This document shows, in pieces, positions 9,547-19,369 of a stretch of DNA of 64,000 nucleotides. Position numbers and translations under genes: made by a program. Position 1 is the first letter of the stretch. Every line of letters starts with the position of its first letter. The DNA is from an uncultured Acidobacteriaceae bacterium (GTDB lineage: Bacteria > Acidobacteriota > Terriglobia > Terriglobales > Acidobacteriaceae), in NCBI GenBank assembly GCA_963720075.1, contig CAVREG010000016.1:539471-603470 (forward strand), in the 5' to 3' direction. The notes beneath the pieces are model-generated. The model saw nothing but the letters and a program-made list of their open reading frames with translations. It was not told the origin of the DNA and searched no databases.

Positions 9547-10133
9547 TGTTGAAGACTAGGCACTTGCTGGTGGCAGCGTTAGCAATATTTTTGGCTGAGG
9601 CACAAGCCGCGACCGCTGCACCCGCCCACAATGCCGCCGCTCGCCGCGCCGAAACCAAAGTACAGCACATCGAGAAGAATGCGGAACTGGCGCATCCAGA
9701 TTCCGTTGCCACGGAATTCTCGGATGAAGAAATCAACGGGTATTTTGCAAGTGAGGAAGTGGCGTTGCCGGCGGGGGTCAAGGCCGTGACATTTGAGGAA
9801 CAACCCGGGATTGTGACCGCATCCTGCCGGGTGGACTTCGACCAGGTCAAAGCCGGGAGAGGTTCAGCGAATCCACTATTGTCTCTTTTCTCCGGCGTTC
9901 ACGATGTGGTTGTGGTGGCTAACGCAAGAGGCGCTGGCAGACAAGGGACCGTGGATGTTCAATCCGTATCACTTGATGGAGTAGAAATTCCCACATTTAT
10001 CCTTGAGCTCTTCGTGGAAAAATTCATCCAACCAAAATACCCGGACGTGGGGCTGAACACCCGCTTCCAGCTGCCGGATAGGATAGATTCGGCGGTTGTT
10101 GGTGAACAAAATGTCAGCGTCATTCAAAAGTGA
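9543..10133 (+). CDS. Secreted hypothetical protein (possibly LmeA/DUF2993-like)
   Basis: Signal peptide MMLKTRHLLVAALAIFLAEAQA. The ATGA overlap with the upstream gene suggests coupling. The family assignment is only a weak impression. Confidence 0.55.
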   Translation: MMLKTRHLLVAALAIFLAEAQAATAAPAHNAAARRAETKVQHIEKNAELAHPDSVATEFSDEEINGYFASEEVALPAGVKAVTFEEQPGIVTASCRVDFDQVKAGRGSANPLLSLFSGVHDVVVVANARGAGRQGTVDVQSVSLDGVEIPTFILELFVEKFIQPKYPDVGLNTRFQLPDRIDSAVVGEQNVSVIQK

Positions 10134-10190
10134 ATGGCATTCTTGGGATTATGCTATGTTTTATCGTCTTAATTGAAAGACAAGGCGGTT

Positions 10191-11003
10191 ATGCCCCGAT
10201 ACGAATATCGTCCACTCACTCCCAGCCCAGAAGCCGAGAAGAATTTTTTAGAGTGGATTGCGAAGTTGGACCACGAATTTAGCAATTCAGATCCTGATCA
10301 CCGCAGCGACATTGTCCGGGATGCGCTCCACCAGATCTACCTCGGAAGCGCTCATGCGTCAGAAGAATTCGGTGATGCGCTCGGGAGCCAGGCTCTAATT
10401 CACTGCTTCGATCCCCGAAATGTCACCCTTGAACCTGAATACTACGGCGACGTGGATGCCGCGAAGTATGCCGAGCGCAAGCCTTTAATCTGGTTCTGGA
10501 TGATGTACGACCGCTCGCCGATTGGATTGAATCACTGGCTTGGATTCCGCATGCGCGCGATGCTCGCCCGCCATATCTTCAAACACTGCGGCGAAAGCGT
10601 TAAGATATTTCACGGCGTTGAGGTTTCGTTCGGATACAACCTCGTTGTCGAAGACAATTGCACCATTCATAAGTTCGTTCTTCTCGACGATCGCGGCGAC
10701 CTTGTGATCCGCGCCGGGAGCTCCATTTCCGATTACGCAAATGTGTACACGCACTCACACGATCTCGTGGACGGGATGATTGTTGACAACCACACTACCG
10801 AAATTGGACCTAAGGCGCGTGTGACCTATCATGCAACCGTGCTTAGCGGTGTCAAGATTGGAGAACATGGAATGGTCGGCTCCATGGGGGTAGCTTCGAA
10901 GAATGTCGAGCCATTTACCGTAGTCGCCGGAATTCCCGCCAAGCCAATTAAAGTGAAGCCGATTGCCCCGGAAGAAGTACGGAAAGGCTTCGAAAAAAAA
11001 TAG
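10191..11003 (+). CDS. Left-handed beta-helix (hexapeptide) acyltransferase
   Basis: Hexapeptide-repeat C-terminal half (IHKFVLLDDRGDLVIRAGSSISDYANVY...VTYHATVLSGVKIGEHGMVGSMGVASKNVEPFTVVAGIPAKPI). The ATG at 10191 is preceded by aaggcgg. Confidence 0.7.
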   Translation: MPRYEYRPLTPSPEAEKNFLEWIAKLDHEFSNSDPDHRSDIVRDALHQIYLGSAHASEEFGDALGSQALIHCFDPRNVTLEPEYYGDVDAAKYAERKPLIWFWMMYDRSPIGLNHWLGFRMRAMLARHIFKHCGESVKIFHGVEVSFGYNLVVEDNCTIHKFVLLDDRGDLVIRAGSSISDYANVYTHSHDLVDGMIVDNHTTEIGPKARVTYHATVLSGVKIGEHGMVGSMGVASKNVEPFTVVAGIPAKPIKVKPIAPEEVRKGFEKK

Positions 11004-11082
11004 GGTTCAGCGTGCACAGCGTTGCCCTACGGCGACGCGACAGATGCCGCTGCCAGCGTGTTAGTATCGAAACCACCCTGGC

Positions 11083-11766
11083 ATGACCCTGCAACATGTT
11101 GACATCTTATTTCAGCTGATCGTGTTCCTGCTTGCGATCAGCGTCCACGAATCCGCGCATGCGTGGATGGCGAACCGCCTTGGCGACCCTACGGCGCGGA
11201 TGTTAGGACGAGTCACGTTAAATCCGATTAAGCACATTGATCCGGTGGGAACAATCCTTCTGCCAGCAATAGCTCTGATCGCCCACATTCCAGTGCTGGG
11301 ATGGGCAAAGCCCACGCCAGTGAATCCACTTAACTTCAAGAATCAAGTTCTTGATGACATCCTCACGTCGGTGGCGGGGCCGGTCAGTAATTTTCTGCTG
11401 GCTTCGATTGCTCTGATTGCGATGGCTTTTGTAAAGTTTGCCTCGCCGTTGGGAGAACAGACAATTTCTGGCATCCCGTATGGAGTGCTTGATCTTGGCA
11501 CAAACTCCCCCATAGTGCCGGTTTGCTTGCTGCTTTACGAACTGATGGTGATTAATGTTGTTCTTGGCGTCTTCAATTTGATTCCGGTGCCTCCGTTGGA
11601 TGGGAGCCATGTACTTCGCCACTTTTTGCCTACCGGTGCTTTGAAAATTTACGATACCGTGGGAGGCTTCGCGCTGATGGCTCTGGTTTTCTTGGGCGGC
11701 GGAATTCTGGGTAGACTTATTTATCCCGTGCTTGGCATTTTCAATTCCATCCTGTCGAGAATCTGA
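11083..11766 (+). CDS. Site-2 protease family (peptidase M50) membrane protein
   Basis: HExxH motif in a TM helix (VHESAHAWMANRLGD), multiple TM segments, and NLIPVPPLDGSHV. Confidence 0.85.
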   Translation: MTLQHVDILFQLIVFLLAISVHESAHAWMANRLGDPTARMLGRVTLNPIKHIDPVGTILLPAIALIAHIPVLGWAKPTPVNPLNFKNQVLDDILTSVAGPVSNFLLASIALIAMAFVKFASPLGEQTISGIPYGVLDLGTNSPIVPVCLLLYELMVINVVLGVFNLIPVPPLDGSHVLRHFLPTGALKIYDTVGGFALMALVFLGGGILGRLIYPVLGIFNSILSRI

Positions 11767-12788
11767 TGCCGCCTGCCTCCAATCAACGAAAACGCGTTGT
11801 CAGCGGCATGCGCTCTAGCGGCAAGCCGCACTTGGGCAATTTCGTAGGCGCTCTCGACAATTGGGTCCGCATGCAGGACCAATACGAATGTTTTTTCTTC
11901 GTGGCCGATTGGCATGCGCTCACGACCGATTATGCCGATACCTCTCGGGTGAAAGAGAACTCTCTTGAGGTGCTGCTGGATTTTCTTGCCGCTGGCCTGG
12001 ACCCAAAGCGTTGCACTTTGTTCATCCAGTCACACGTCCCGCAACATGCGGAGTTGCATCTTCTGTTTTCGATGATCACGCCCCTGGGATGGCTCGAGCG
12101 TGTGCCCACCTATAAAGAGCAGAAGGAAAATATCACCGAGAAAGATTTGAATACGTACGGGTTCCTTGGCTATCCCGTGCTGCAATCAGCGGACATTTTG
12201 ATTCACAAAGGGGATTTTGTTCCAGTGGGCGAGGACCAAGTGCCGCATGTCGAACTGACGCGGGAAGTCGCGCGGCGTTTTAATATGTTTTACCCCGGCA
12301 AAGTCGTACAGGTCTTTCCGGAGCCTCAACCGCTGCTGACGCCCGCCGCAAAGCTGCCCGGAACCGACGGCCGCAAGATGTCAAAGTCGTACGGGAACAC
12401 CATCTTGCTCACCGATCCCGAACCAATGGTGCGGCAGAAGCTCAAGACCATGGTGACCGATCCCGCCCGGGTGCGGCGCACCGATCCCGGCAATCCTGAT
12501 ATTTGTCCGGTTGGGGATTTGCATAAGATTTTCAGCAGCGCGGATACGATCGCCAAAGTGGATGCCGGTTGCCGTTCGGCGGGAATTGGATGCATTGAAT
12601 GTAAAAGCTGGGCGGCAGACGCTCTGGTAAGCATTCTTAATCCCATGCAGGAACGACGCAAAAAATACGAGGAGAATCCGCGGCTCGCCTGGGATATTCT
12701 GGAGGCAGGTTCGGAGCGGGCGCGAGCGGGTGCCGCCGCCACGATGGACGAGGTACGCGAAGCGATGGGAATGTCGCTGAAATATTAG
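11766..12788 (+). CDS. trpS: Tryptophan--tRNA ligase
   Basis: HIGH-type motif SGKPHLGNFVGAL, KMSKS motif, and length typical of class-I TrpRS. Confidence 0.9.
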   Translation: MPPASNQRKRVVSGMRSSGKPHLGNFVGALDNWVRMQDQYECFFFVADWHALTTDYADTSRVKENSLEVLLDFLAAGLDPKRCTLFIQSHVPQHAELHLLFSMITPLGWLERVPTYKEQKENITEKDLNTYGFLGYPVLQSADILIHKGDFVPVGEDQVPHVELTREVARRFNMFYPGKVVQVFPEPQPLLTPAAKLPGTDGRKMSKSYGNTILLTDPEPMVRQKLKTMVTDPARVRRTDPGNPDICPVGDLHKIFSSADTIAKVDAGCRSAGIGCIECKSWAADALVSILNPMQERRKKYEENPRLAWDILEAGSERARAGAAATMDEVREAMGMSLKY

Positions 12789-12803
12789 ACAGCGGTCAGA
12801 GAA

Positions 12804-13688
12804 ATGACTCAGGCTTTAAAAATCGAATCTAATAACGCTGATTCAGTGGAATGCCTTGCTCCTGCGAATAACAGCGCGGTGCATGCGGTCTCCCCGTCAA
12901 AAAAGAAGGAGGAAAACGACTACCCTTTCGCGGTCGCTGTTACGGACGTGTATGAAGGTCCGCTCGATCTTTTGCTTGATCTAATCCGCAAACAGGACAT
13001 AGATATTTACGACATTCCGATCTCCAAAATTACGGCTCAGTATCTCGCATATGTTGAGCGGTTGCGCGAGTTGGATGTTAACGTGGCCGCCGACTTTATT
13101 TACATGGCCGCCGTACTGATTCACATCAAATCGAAGATGTTGTTGCCGCGTGATCCGGCGGCCGCTTCCGAAGCAGATGACGATCCGCGTGGTGAACTGG
13201 TCAATCGCCTCATTGAACATGAAAAATTCAAATCCGCGGCGCAGATGTTGATGCAGAAGCAGCAGATCGAAGAGGCGGTCTGGTCGAATCCCGCAATCAA
13301 AGAATTCATGCAGGACGAAGGCACCGAACCCGAGATGGCCGCCGACGTCATTGATCTGGTAAAAACATTTCAGCAGGTAATTGATCGTCTGCGCAATCGT
13401 CCCATTATTCAAGTGGACGAGGAAACCGTCACCGTCGGACAGATGATTGATTACTTGCGGCGGCGTTTGAATGTTGAAGATCGTCCGATACGGCTGAAGC
13501 AATTGCTACGAAATGTTGAATCGAGGCAGGCACTCGTTTGCATGTTTCTGGCACTTTTGGAGTTAGTGCGCTTGCAAGCCATCCAGCTGCGGCAAGACCG
13601 CATGTTCGGCGAGATTTTGCTGCGAAAGCATGGCGGATTCGACGCAGTAATGTCAGAGCAGGCAGCAGTGAGGGATGATTGGCGGTAG
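12804..13688 (+). CDS. scpA: Segregation and condensation protein A
   Basis: FEGPLDLLLDLIRKQDIDIYDIPISKITAQYLAYV is the canonical ScpA N-terminal motif. It is followed by scpB. Confidence 0.85.
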   Translation: MTQALKIESNNADSVECLAPANNSAVHAVSPSKKKEENDYPFAVAVTDVYEGPLDLLLDLIRKQDIDIYDIPISKITAQYLAYVERLRELDVNVAADFIYMAAVLIHIKSKMLLPRDPAAASEADDDPRGELVNRLIEHEKFKSAAQMLMQKQQIEEAVWSNPAIKEFMQDEGTEPEMAADVIDLVKTFQQVIDRLRNRPIIQVDEETVTVGQMIDYLRRRLNVEDRPIRLKQLLRNVESRQALVCMFLALLELVRLQAIQLRQDRMFGEILLRKHGGFDAVMSEQAAVRDDWR

Positions 13689-13696
13689 CAAAAAAC

Positions 13697-13793
13697 CGTC
13701 GTTGGTCGTAGGTCGTTGGCCTTTAAGGCCAGCAGTCTTCAGCTTCCACCCAACGACCAATTGCCAAGGGCCAACGACGAACGACCAACGACG
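13697..13793. repeat. Imperfect 25-nt inverted repeat (ccaacgac-type REP-like element)
   Basis: Left arm cgtcgttggtcgtaggtcgttggcc (13697-13721). Right arm ggccaacgacgaacgaccaacgacg (13769-13793). The arms are reverse complements except for 2 nt, and a third caacgacc copy sits in the spacer. Confidence 0.7.
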
Positions 13794-13796
13794 ATC

Positions 13797-14504
13797 ATGA
13801 ATCTTAAAGCCAAACTCGAAGCAATAATTTACGCGGCGGAAACTCCTATTCCGCTGGATCAGATTGTCCAATTGGTCAGGCAGTCACTTTCCGACGAGGG
13901 CGCTGCCAGCGATGCGGAAATCAAATCGCAAGTGCGATCTGCTATCGAGGAGTTGACGACCGAATATGCGGGCACGGAACATGGCATTGAAGTCCGCCAG
14001 GTCGCTGGTGGATATCGTGTCTCCACCAAACCCGAGCACCATGATCTGGTGCGCGCGTTTGCCAAAAGTCTAAAGCCGCCAATCCGACTGTCTCTTCCAG
14101 CTCTTGAGACGCTGGCGGTAATCGCATATAAGCAGCCGGTCACCGTTCCGGAGATCAGCGAAATTCGTGGCGTGGATTCAAACGGCGTGATTGCCACTCT
14201 GCTTGACAGGAAGTTGATCACGACTGCGGGGCGCAAAGAGGTAATAGGGCGGCCCATCCTCTACAAAACTACCAAGGAATTTTTGCTTCGTTTTGGATTG
14301 AAAGATGTCAACGAACTGCCCAGTATGGAAGAGTTCGAAAAGCTGGTCGCAGAATCGTTTCAGAGTGACATGTTGCCCCTGAATGGGCAACAAAGTACTA
14401 TCAACGAACCTGCGGAGGCCGATGGCCAACAGCACAGCGACTCGTTGGCCCAGCAACATGTTGGTGCCGACCAGAGCGACGACAAAAGCGATCCAGCCGC
14501 CTAA
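13797..14504 (+). CDS. scpB: Segregation and condensation protein B
   Basis: MNLKAKLEAIIYAAETPIPLDQI and ETLAVIAYKQPVTVPEISEIRGV (winged-helix ScpB). The track ORF start at 13716 reads through the repeat and is rejected. Confidence 0.85.
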   Translation: MNLKAKLEAIIYAAETPIPLDQIVQLVRQSLSDEGAASDAEIKSQVRSAIEELTTEYAGTEHGIEVRQVAGGYRVSTKPEHHDLVRAFAKSLKPPIRLSLPALETLAVIAYKQPVTVPEISEIRGVDSNGVIATLLDRKLITTAGRKEVIGRPILYKTTKEFLLRFGLKDVNELPSMEEFEKLVAESFQSDMLPLNGQQSTINEPAEADGQQHSDSLAQQHVGADQSDDKSDPAA

Positions 14505-14531
14505 ATACTTCTGCTTTGCGAATATCACCCC

Positions 14532-15263
14532 ATGCCGGCTGAACGCCTTCAAAAAATAATCGCTGCAGCCGGGATCGCGTCACGGCGCAAGGCTGAGCAA
14601 CTTATCTCCGGCGGTCTCGTGTCGGTCAACGGTCAAATTGTCACTGAACTCGGCAGCAAAGCTGATCCTGCAAAGGACCACATCCGGGTGAACGGAAAGC
14701 TGCTACAAGGTCCCGAACACCACGTTTATCTGCTAATGAACAAGCCAAAAGGATATGTCACAACGCTTCGCGACCCAGAAGGCCGGCCTACCGTGATGGA
14801 TCTGCTGCACGGCGTCGGCGCGCGCGTTTATCCCGTCGGACGTCTCGACTATGCAAGCGAAGGTTTACTCTTGCTGACCAATGACGGCGACTTCGCCAAC
14901 TTTTTAATGAAGGCCGCCTCGCACGTGCCGAAAACCTATATGGTCAAAGTGGCCAAGACTCCATCTGCGGACGGACTGGCACGGTTGCGCACAGGGCTTT
15001 TCATCGCAACGGACAACGGGCGCAGAGTTAAAACTTCCCCGGCAAAAGTTAGTCTCATTCGGGAAGCTGACAATCCGTGGTATGAGGTTACGTTAACTGA
15101 AGGCAGGAATCGCCAGATACGGCGCATGTTCGAAGCCATAGGACATCACGTCGAAAAGATTAAGCGAGTGCGTTACGGACCACTCGAACTGGACGTCCAT
15201 CCCGGCAAATTTCGCCGCCTCACGCCGCAAGAAGTCTCGCGAGTCAAATCGGCAGCCAGGTAA
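14532..15263 (+). CDS. rluB: Pseudouridine synthase, RsuA/RluB family
   Basis: S4 domain (RLQKIIAAAGIASRRKAEQLI) and catalytic motif GRLDYASEGLLLLTNDG. Confidence 0.85.
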   Translation: MPAERLQKIIAAAGIASRRKAEQLISGGLVSVNGQIVTELGSKADPAKDHIRVNGKLLQGPEHHVYLLMNKPKGYVTTLRDPEGRPTVMDLLHGVGARVYPVGRLDYASEGLLLLTNDGDFANFLMKAASHVPKTYMVKVAKTPSADGLARLRTGLFIATDNGRRVKTSPAKVSLIREADNPWYEVTLTEGRNRQIRRMFEAIGHHVEKIKRVRYGPLELDVHPGKFRRLTPQEVSRVKSAAR

Positions 15264-16283
15264 TCAAGACCCCATTATCATTGGAAGCCTTGCGGCCCCA
15301 TACAATCCGGCGTCGCTGCCAAGAAGCGCCCGCGTTATGATTGTCCTGGCCGGTCCGCTTGATTCGATCTTTGCAGAAGCGCCCGTTGAATCATGGGGCG
15401 AGTCCGGGGCAGTCGCTGCATAAACCATCGAGCGCAGCCGCAACTCCTCGAAGATTGCCGGCGCAAAGGCTTCCCATGCGCTCGAGACTCCTCCACCAAT
15501 AACATACATAGGTAGATTCAAAACGTTTATTAAATTAGATAGAACAATCCCAACACAGCGCCCCACCTCGTGAAATATTCTCTTGGCATCTGAATCTCCC
15601 TGAATCGCAAGGTTATAAATAGCCCTGGCGCTGAATTCCGCATCCGAACCAGCCGCAAGCCGCAGCCCAGGAGCGCCCGCTGTGACAGCTTCTTTCGCCA
15701 TTCGCATGATCGCTGTCGCGGAAGCGTATTGCTCCAGGCATCCGCGATTGCCGCAGCCGCATTGCACGCCGTTCGGTTCCACGGTGGTGTGTCCAGCCTC
15801 GCCCGCCATCCCGCTCATGCCTGCCCAAATTCGTCCATTGAGCACCAACCCACCACCAACGCCGGTACCCAGGGTCAAAATCGCCAGGTGCTCAACGTTC
15901 TTCCCGGCTCCAAGCCATTTTTCGCCCAGAGCTGCCACGTTCGCGTCGTTTTCCACGATTGCACGAGACCGGAGACATTCCTCAATCTCATCCTTAACCG
16001 ACGCGCCCTCCCATCCCGGCAAATTCGGCGATCCACGCATCACTCCAGTTTGAACGTCGATGATTCCAGGGATCCCAATACCCACTCCCAAGAGCGAGGA
16101 TTTTTTCTCATATTGCTTGCCCAACCGATGGATGGCGTCGCACATATCCTGAATAACACGTGCGCGACCTCGTGAAACCTCGGTGCCAAGCGTGACTTTT
16201 TCGAGCAGAGTTCCGTTCTCATCCACCGCCGCGATGCGAAGGTTCGTCCCGCCAAGATCTACGCCGATGGAAAAGTTAGGCAT
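15264..16283 (-). CDS. glk: ROK-family glucokinase
   Basis: MPNFSIGVDLGGTNLRIAAVDENG (ATP-binding DxGGT), the ROK Zn motif CGCGNRGCLE, and GIGIPG. The start is set at the ATG at 16283, which avoids overlap with mutM. Confidence 0.85.
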   Translation of the reverse strand: MPNFSIGVDLGGTNLRIAAVDENGTLLEKVTLGTEVSRGRARVIQDMCDAIHRLGKQYEKKSSLLGVGIGIPGIIDVQTGVMRGSPNLPGWEGASVKDEIEECLRSRAIVENDANVAALGEKWLGAGKNVEHLAILTLGTGVGGGLVLNGRIWAGMSGMAGEAGHTTVEPNGVQCGCGNRGCLEQYASATAIMRMAKEAVTAGAPGLRLAAGSDAEFSARAIYNLAIQGDSDAKRIFHEVGRCVGIVLSNLINVLNLPMYVIGGGVSSAWEAFAPAIFEELRLRSMVYAATAPDSPHDSTGASAKIESSGPARTIITRALLGSDAGLYGAARLPMIMGS

Positions 16284-16332
16284 GAGGATTTCTAGAGTAT
16301 CATTCCCGGCCGTGAAGGAAAGGCGTGCCTGA

Positions 16333-17199
16333 TTACCTCTGGCATTTAGAGCAGTAATGGCTGCTACGCCCCGCGATAACGATTCGCTTGATCGGGCTCT
16401 TGCAGACGAGGCAGGCCTCTGCCTCCCGACCATAGACCCGGTGTTGGAGTTGGAAGAATCCGGCTGCTCCGTTGGCGTCAACATAATCGGAGACGGAAGA
16501 GCCACCGGCTCGGATTGCCTCATTCAACACTTCTTTAAGAGAGAAAAACAGGGTGCGCAAGTCTGTTTTGGTGAGCGACGCCGCCCGGCGGCGCGGACGC
16601 ACGCCAGCTCGAAATAAAGATTCGTCGGCATAGATATTTCCCACACCGCTCAACAAATTTTGATTCAACAATGCGCTTTTGATTGGAGTCTTGCGGCCTC
16701 GGAAAACGGTGACGAACTTTTCTAACTCGACTTCCAGCGGCTCGGCGCCCGCCGCTTCGAAGTCGTGCGCGACACTCAATCGTCCAAATCGCCGAGGATC
16801 AACAAACCGTAGCTCGCGGCCTGAGGCCAGGGTCAGAATCGCGTGAGTATGCTTCGCGATCTCCGTATCTGGTTCGCAGAGCAGGAGCCTCCCAGTCATT
16901 CCCAGATGAACAATCCACTGGCAATTGTGGTCTTCCGTACGGCCTCGGCGGCGGTTCGCTGCACGCGACCCTTTCCCGGACGCGGGCGTCCGCGCCACAC
17001 GAACCAAGTCGAAGACAATATGTTTGCCGACCCGCCGAACGTCTGCTATCTGGCTGGATTCGAGCGTCGCGACGATTTGCGCTGCTGACGATTTCAACGG
17101 CTCTGGCTTCGATCCCAACCATACCGACGTGATGGCGTCACCTTTAACGTGGGCAGCAAGTCCGCGCGCGATTGTCTCGACTTCAGGGAGTTCTGGCAC
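16333..17199 (-). CDS. mutM: Formamidopyrimidine-DNA glycosylase
   Basis: N-terminal MPELPEVETIARGL and a C-terminal zinc finger CLVCKSPIKRIVIAGRSSHYCSKCQ. Confidence 0.92.
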   Translation of the reverse strand: MPELPEVETIARGLAAHVKGDAITSVWLGSKPEPLKSSAAQIVATLESSQIADVRRVGKHIVFDLVRVARTPASGKGSRAANRRRGRTEDHNCQWIVHLGMTGRLLLCEPDTEIAKHTHAILTLASGRELRFVDPRRFGRLSVAHDFEAAGAEPLEVELEKFVTVFRGRKTPIKSALLNQNLLSGVGNIYADESLFRAGVRPRRRAASLTKTDLRTLFFSLKEVLNEAIRAGGSSVSDYVDANGAAGFFQLQHRVYGREAEACLVCKSPIKRIVIAGRSSHYCSKCQR

Positions 17200-17413
17200 G
17201 GGGATAGTTTATCGCTTTCGTTTGGCCGAAATGATGCATCACGGCGGCCCTTTGCGTGAACTCAGTTCTCATTGCTCAACTCGTGCGCGCGGGTTATCAT
17301 TTCCAGTACACCTCTGACCCTGTTTATCCCTGTAATTCTTAGTTTGTCTGGTATCACGCTGGCAACGAGTGTGTGCGATTCTGAGCGCGGCTTGGGCAGC
17401 CGCATCTTTTGGC

Positions 17414-18745
17414 ATGGAGCCACATTTGAAAACAGGCAAGACAGCAGTCATCATAGGCGCGCAATGGGGCGACGAGGGCAAGGGGAAAATTGTTGACGTC
17501 CTCTCCGAGAAATTTGCCGTCGTTGCCCGCTATGCCGGCGGACACAACGCCGGCCACACCGTCATAATCAACGGAAAGAAATTCATTTTGCAACTCGTCC
17601 CTTGCGGCATACTGCGTGCGGGGTGCCGCAGTGTCATCGGCAACGGTGTAGTTCTTGATCCGCTGGCGTTACTAAAAGAGACAGGAGCGTTGCGCGAAAA
17701 CGGCGTAAAGGTGGACGGCAGTCTTTTTGTCAGCAATCGCGCTCACGTGATCCTTCCGTACCATCGCATGATTGAATTGGCGTCTGAGAATGCCCCTGGG
17801 CGCGTAAAAATCGGCACCACTTCACGCGGAATCGGCCCAGCCTATGAAGACAAAATGGGCCGCCGCGGCCTTCGTGTTGCCGACCTACTAGACTTGAAAC
17901 TCCTCAAGACCCACATCGAAAATGCCTGCCGAGAAAAAAATATGATCGCGCATGCGCTTTTCAATTCCGAACCGCTGGACCCTGACTCTATGTATGCGGA
18001 ATACGCTGCGGCTTCCGAAAAAATCGCGCCGTTTGTTTGCGATACTGCGGTGCTGCTGAATGGTGCCATTGCCGGCGGCGAATCGGTGATGTTCGAAGGA
18101 GCGCAAGGCACCATGCTCGACATTGATCTCGGCACTTACCCATTTGTCACGTCATCCAGCGCAACTTCCGGGGGCGCAGCGACCGGAACCGGTGTTCCTC
18201 CTACATCCATTAACGCCGTGATTGGCGTTACCAAGGCTTACTGCACGCGCGTTGGCGGAGGGCCATTCCCTTCGGAACTATTGGATAAAACGGGAGACTT
18301 GTTGCGGGTTCGGGGCAATGAATACGGCGCAGTGACTGGTCGCCCTCGGCGTTGTGGCTGGCTCGATTTGCCACTATTGCGTTACGCTGGCATGATTAAT
18401 GGATTTTCATGGCTGGTCGTGACTAAGCTGGACGTGTTAGATGAGTTGGGCGAAATTCCAGTTTGCGTTGGTTACAAGATTAATGGGCATGTGTCCGATG
18501 AAATTCCAGCGCATGCCAGCGGCTACGACACTATCGAATGTGTTTACAAGACTCTGCCCGGATGGCAGACTTCGACTGAGGGCATCACGGAGTTGCAGAA
18601 GCTGCCAAAGGCAGCCCGGGAATACTTGAAATTTATTGAGGAAAAGACAGGAGTTTGCATAGGCATGGTTTCCACCGGACCTGGACGCGAGCAAACCATG
18701 GTCGTTGACGAATTTGCGGCAGAGTTACAATCGTTAACCGATTGA
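17414..18745 (+). CDS. purA: Adenylosuccinate synthase
   Basis: GAQWGDEGKGKIVD P-loop, GGHNAGHT, and TTSRGIGPAYEDK. Confidence 0.92.
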   Translation: MEPHLKTGKTAVIIGAQWGDEGKGKIVDVLSEKFAVVARYAGGHNAGHTVIINGKKFILQLVPCGILRAGCRSVIGNGVVLDPLALLKETGALRENGVKVDGSLFVSNRAHVILPYHRMIELASENAPGRVKIGTTSRGIGPAYEDKMGRRGLRVADLLDLKLLKTHIENACREKNMIAHALFNSEPLDPDSMYAEYAAASEKIAPFVCDTAVLLNGAIAGGESVMFEGAQGTMLDIDLGTYPFVTSSSATSGGAATGTGVPPTSINAVIGVTKAYCTRVGGGPFPSELLDKTGDLLRVRGNEYGAVTGRPRRCGWLDLPLLRYAGMINGFSWLVVTKLDVLDELGEIPVCVGYKINGHVSDEIPAHASGYDTIECVYKTLPGWQTSTEGITELQKLPKAAREYLKFIEEKTGVCIGMVSTGPGREQTMVVDEFAAELQSLTD

Positions 18746-18766
18746 ATCCTAACTGGTGGATGGGAA

Positions 18767-19054
18767 ATGGTAGTACTCGCAGTCACGTGGATGGCGAAAG
18801 CTGGCCGTGAAGTCGAAGTCGCAGCCATACTGGCCAAACTTACCGAGGAATCTCGGAAAGAACCTGGATGCGTGACCTACCAGGTACATCGGCACAAGAC
18901 TGAACCGCACAGATTTTTCATTTACGAACGGTACAAAGACGACACGGCCATCGAAGCGCACCGCGGATCGCCGCATTTTCTTCAGTACGCAAAAAAGGAT
19001 CTTCCCAAGGTCGCCGACCGCGTGGAAGGCCACTTGTACGAACCGTTGGGCTGA
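18767..19054 (+). CDS. Antibiotic-biosynthesis-monooxygenase (ABM) domain protein
   Basis: ~95-aa ferredoxin-like fold protein. FFIYERYKDDTAIEAHRGSPHF is typical of YgiN/ABM proteins. Confidence 0.7.
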   Translation: MVVLAVTWMAKAGREVEVAAILAKLTEESRKEPGCVTYQVHRHKTEPHRFFIYERYKDDTAIEAHRGSPHFLQYAKKDLPKVADRVEGHLYEPLG

Positions 19055-19069
19055 ACGGTGCGCAGTGAA

Positions 19070-19261
19070 TCATTTATTTTTATCAGCTATTAGTACCCCG
19101 CCAGACGCATAACTTTCTTTCGATACTTCGATAAAAGAAATCATTACGGCTTCGCGCGCACTGCCCGCTTCTTCGACAATAACATCCGTAATACGACTTG
19201 ATAGTTTGCGCTTCTGCTCAACAGTGCGGCCGCTCAACATCGTAATTTGAACCATCGGCAT
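19070..19261 (-). CDS. 4-oxalocrotonate tautomerase family protein
   Basis: MPMVQITMLSGRTVEQKRKLSSRITDVIVEEAG carries the catalytic Pro1 after Met and has the typical ~63-aa size. Confidence 0.8.
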   Translation of the reverse strand: MPMVQITMLSGRTVEQKRKLSSRITDVIVEEAGSAREAVMISFIEVSKESYASGGVLIADKNK

Positions 19262-19369
19262 GACACGGACTCCTGAACATTCAGATTCGCAGAGGGTCAC
19301 CACCAAAAAAAACCAATTTCCCCTGCGAAAAACTATGGGCTTCCTCCCCGTGCTGTTACTTGGGCTTGC

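Noticed and set aside
13716-13796. Upstream extension of scpB given in the ORF track
   Set aside because: It translates the ccaacgac inverted repeat (PPNDQLPRANDERPTT). The conserved ScpB N-terminus begins at the ATG at 13797.
16284-16523. 80-codon N-terminal extension of the ROK glucokinase ORF
   Set aside because: The extension overlaps the 3' end of mutM and is low-complexity (SSNSNTGS, ARARSS). The canonical ROK N-terminus MPNFSIGVDLGGT starts at 16283.
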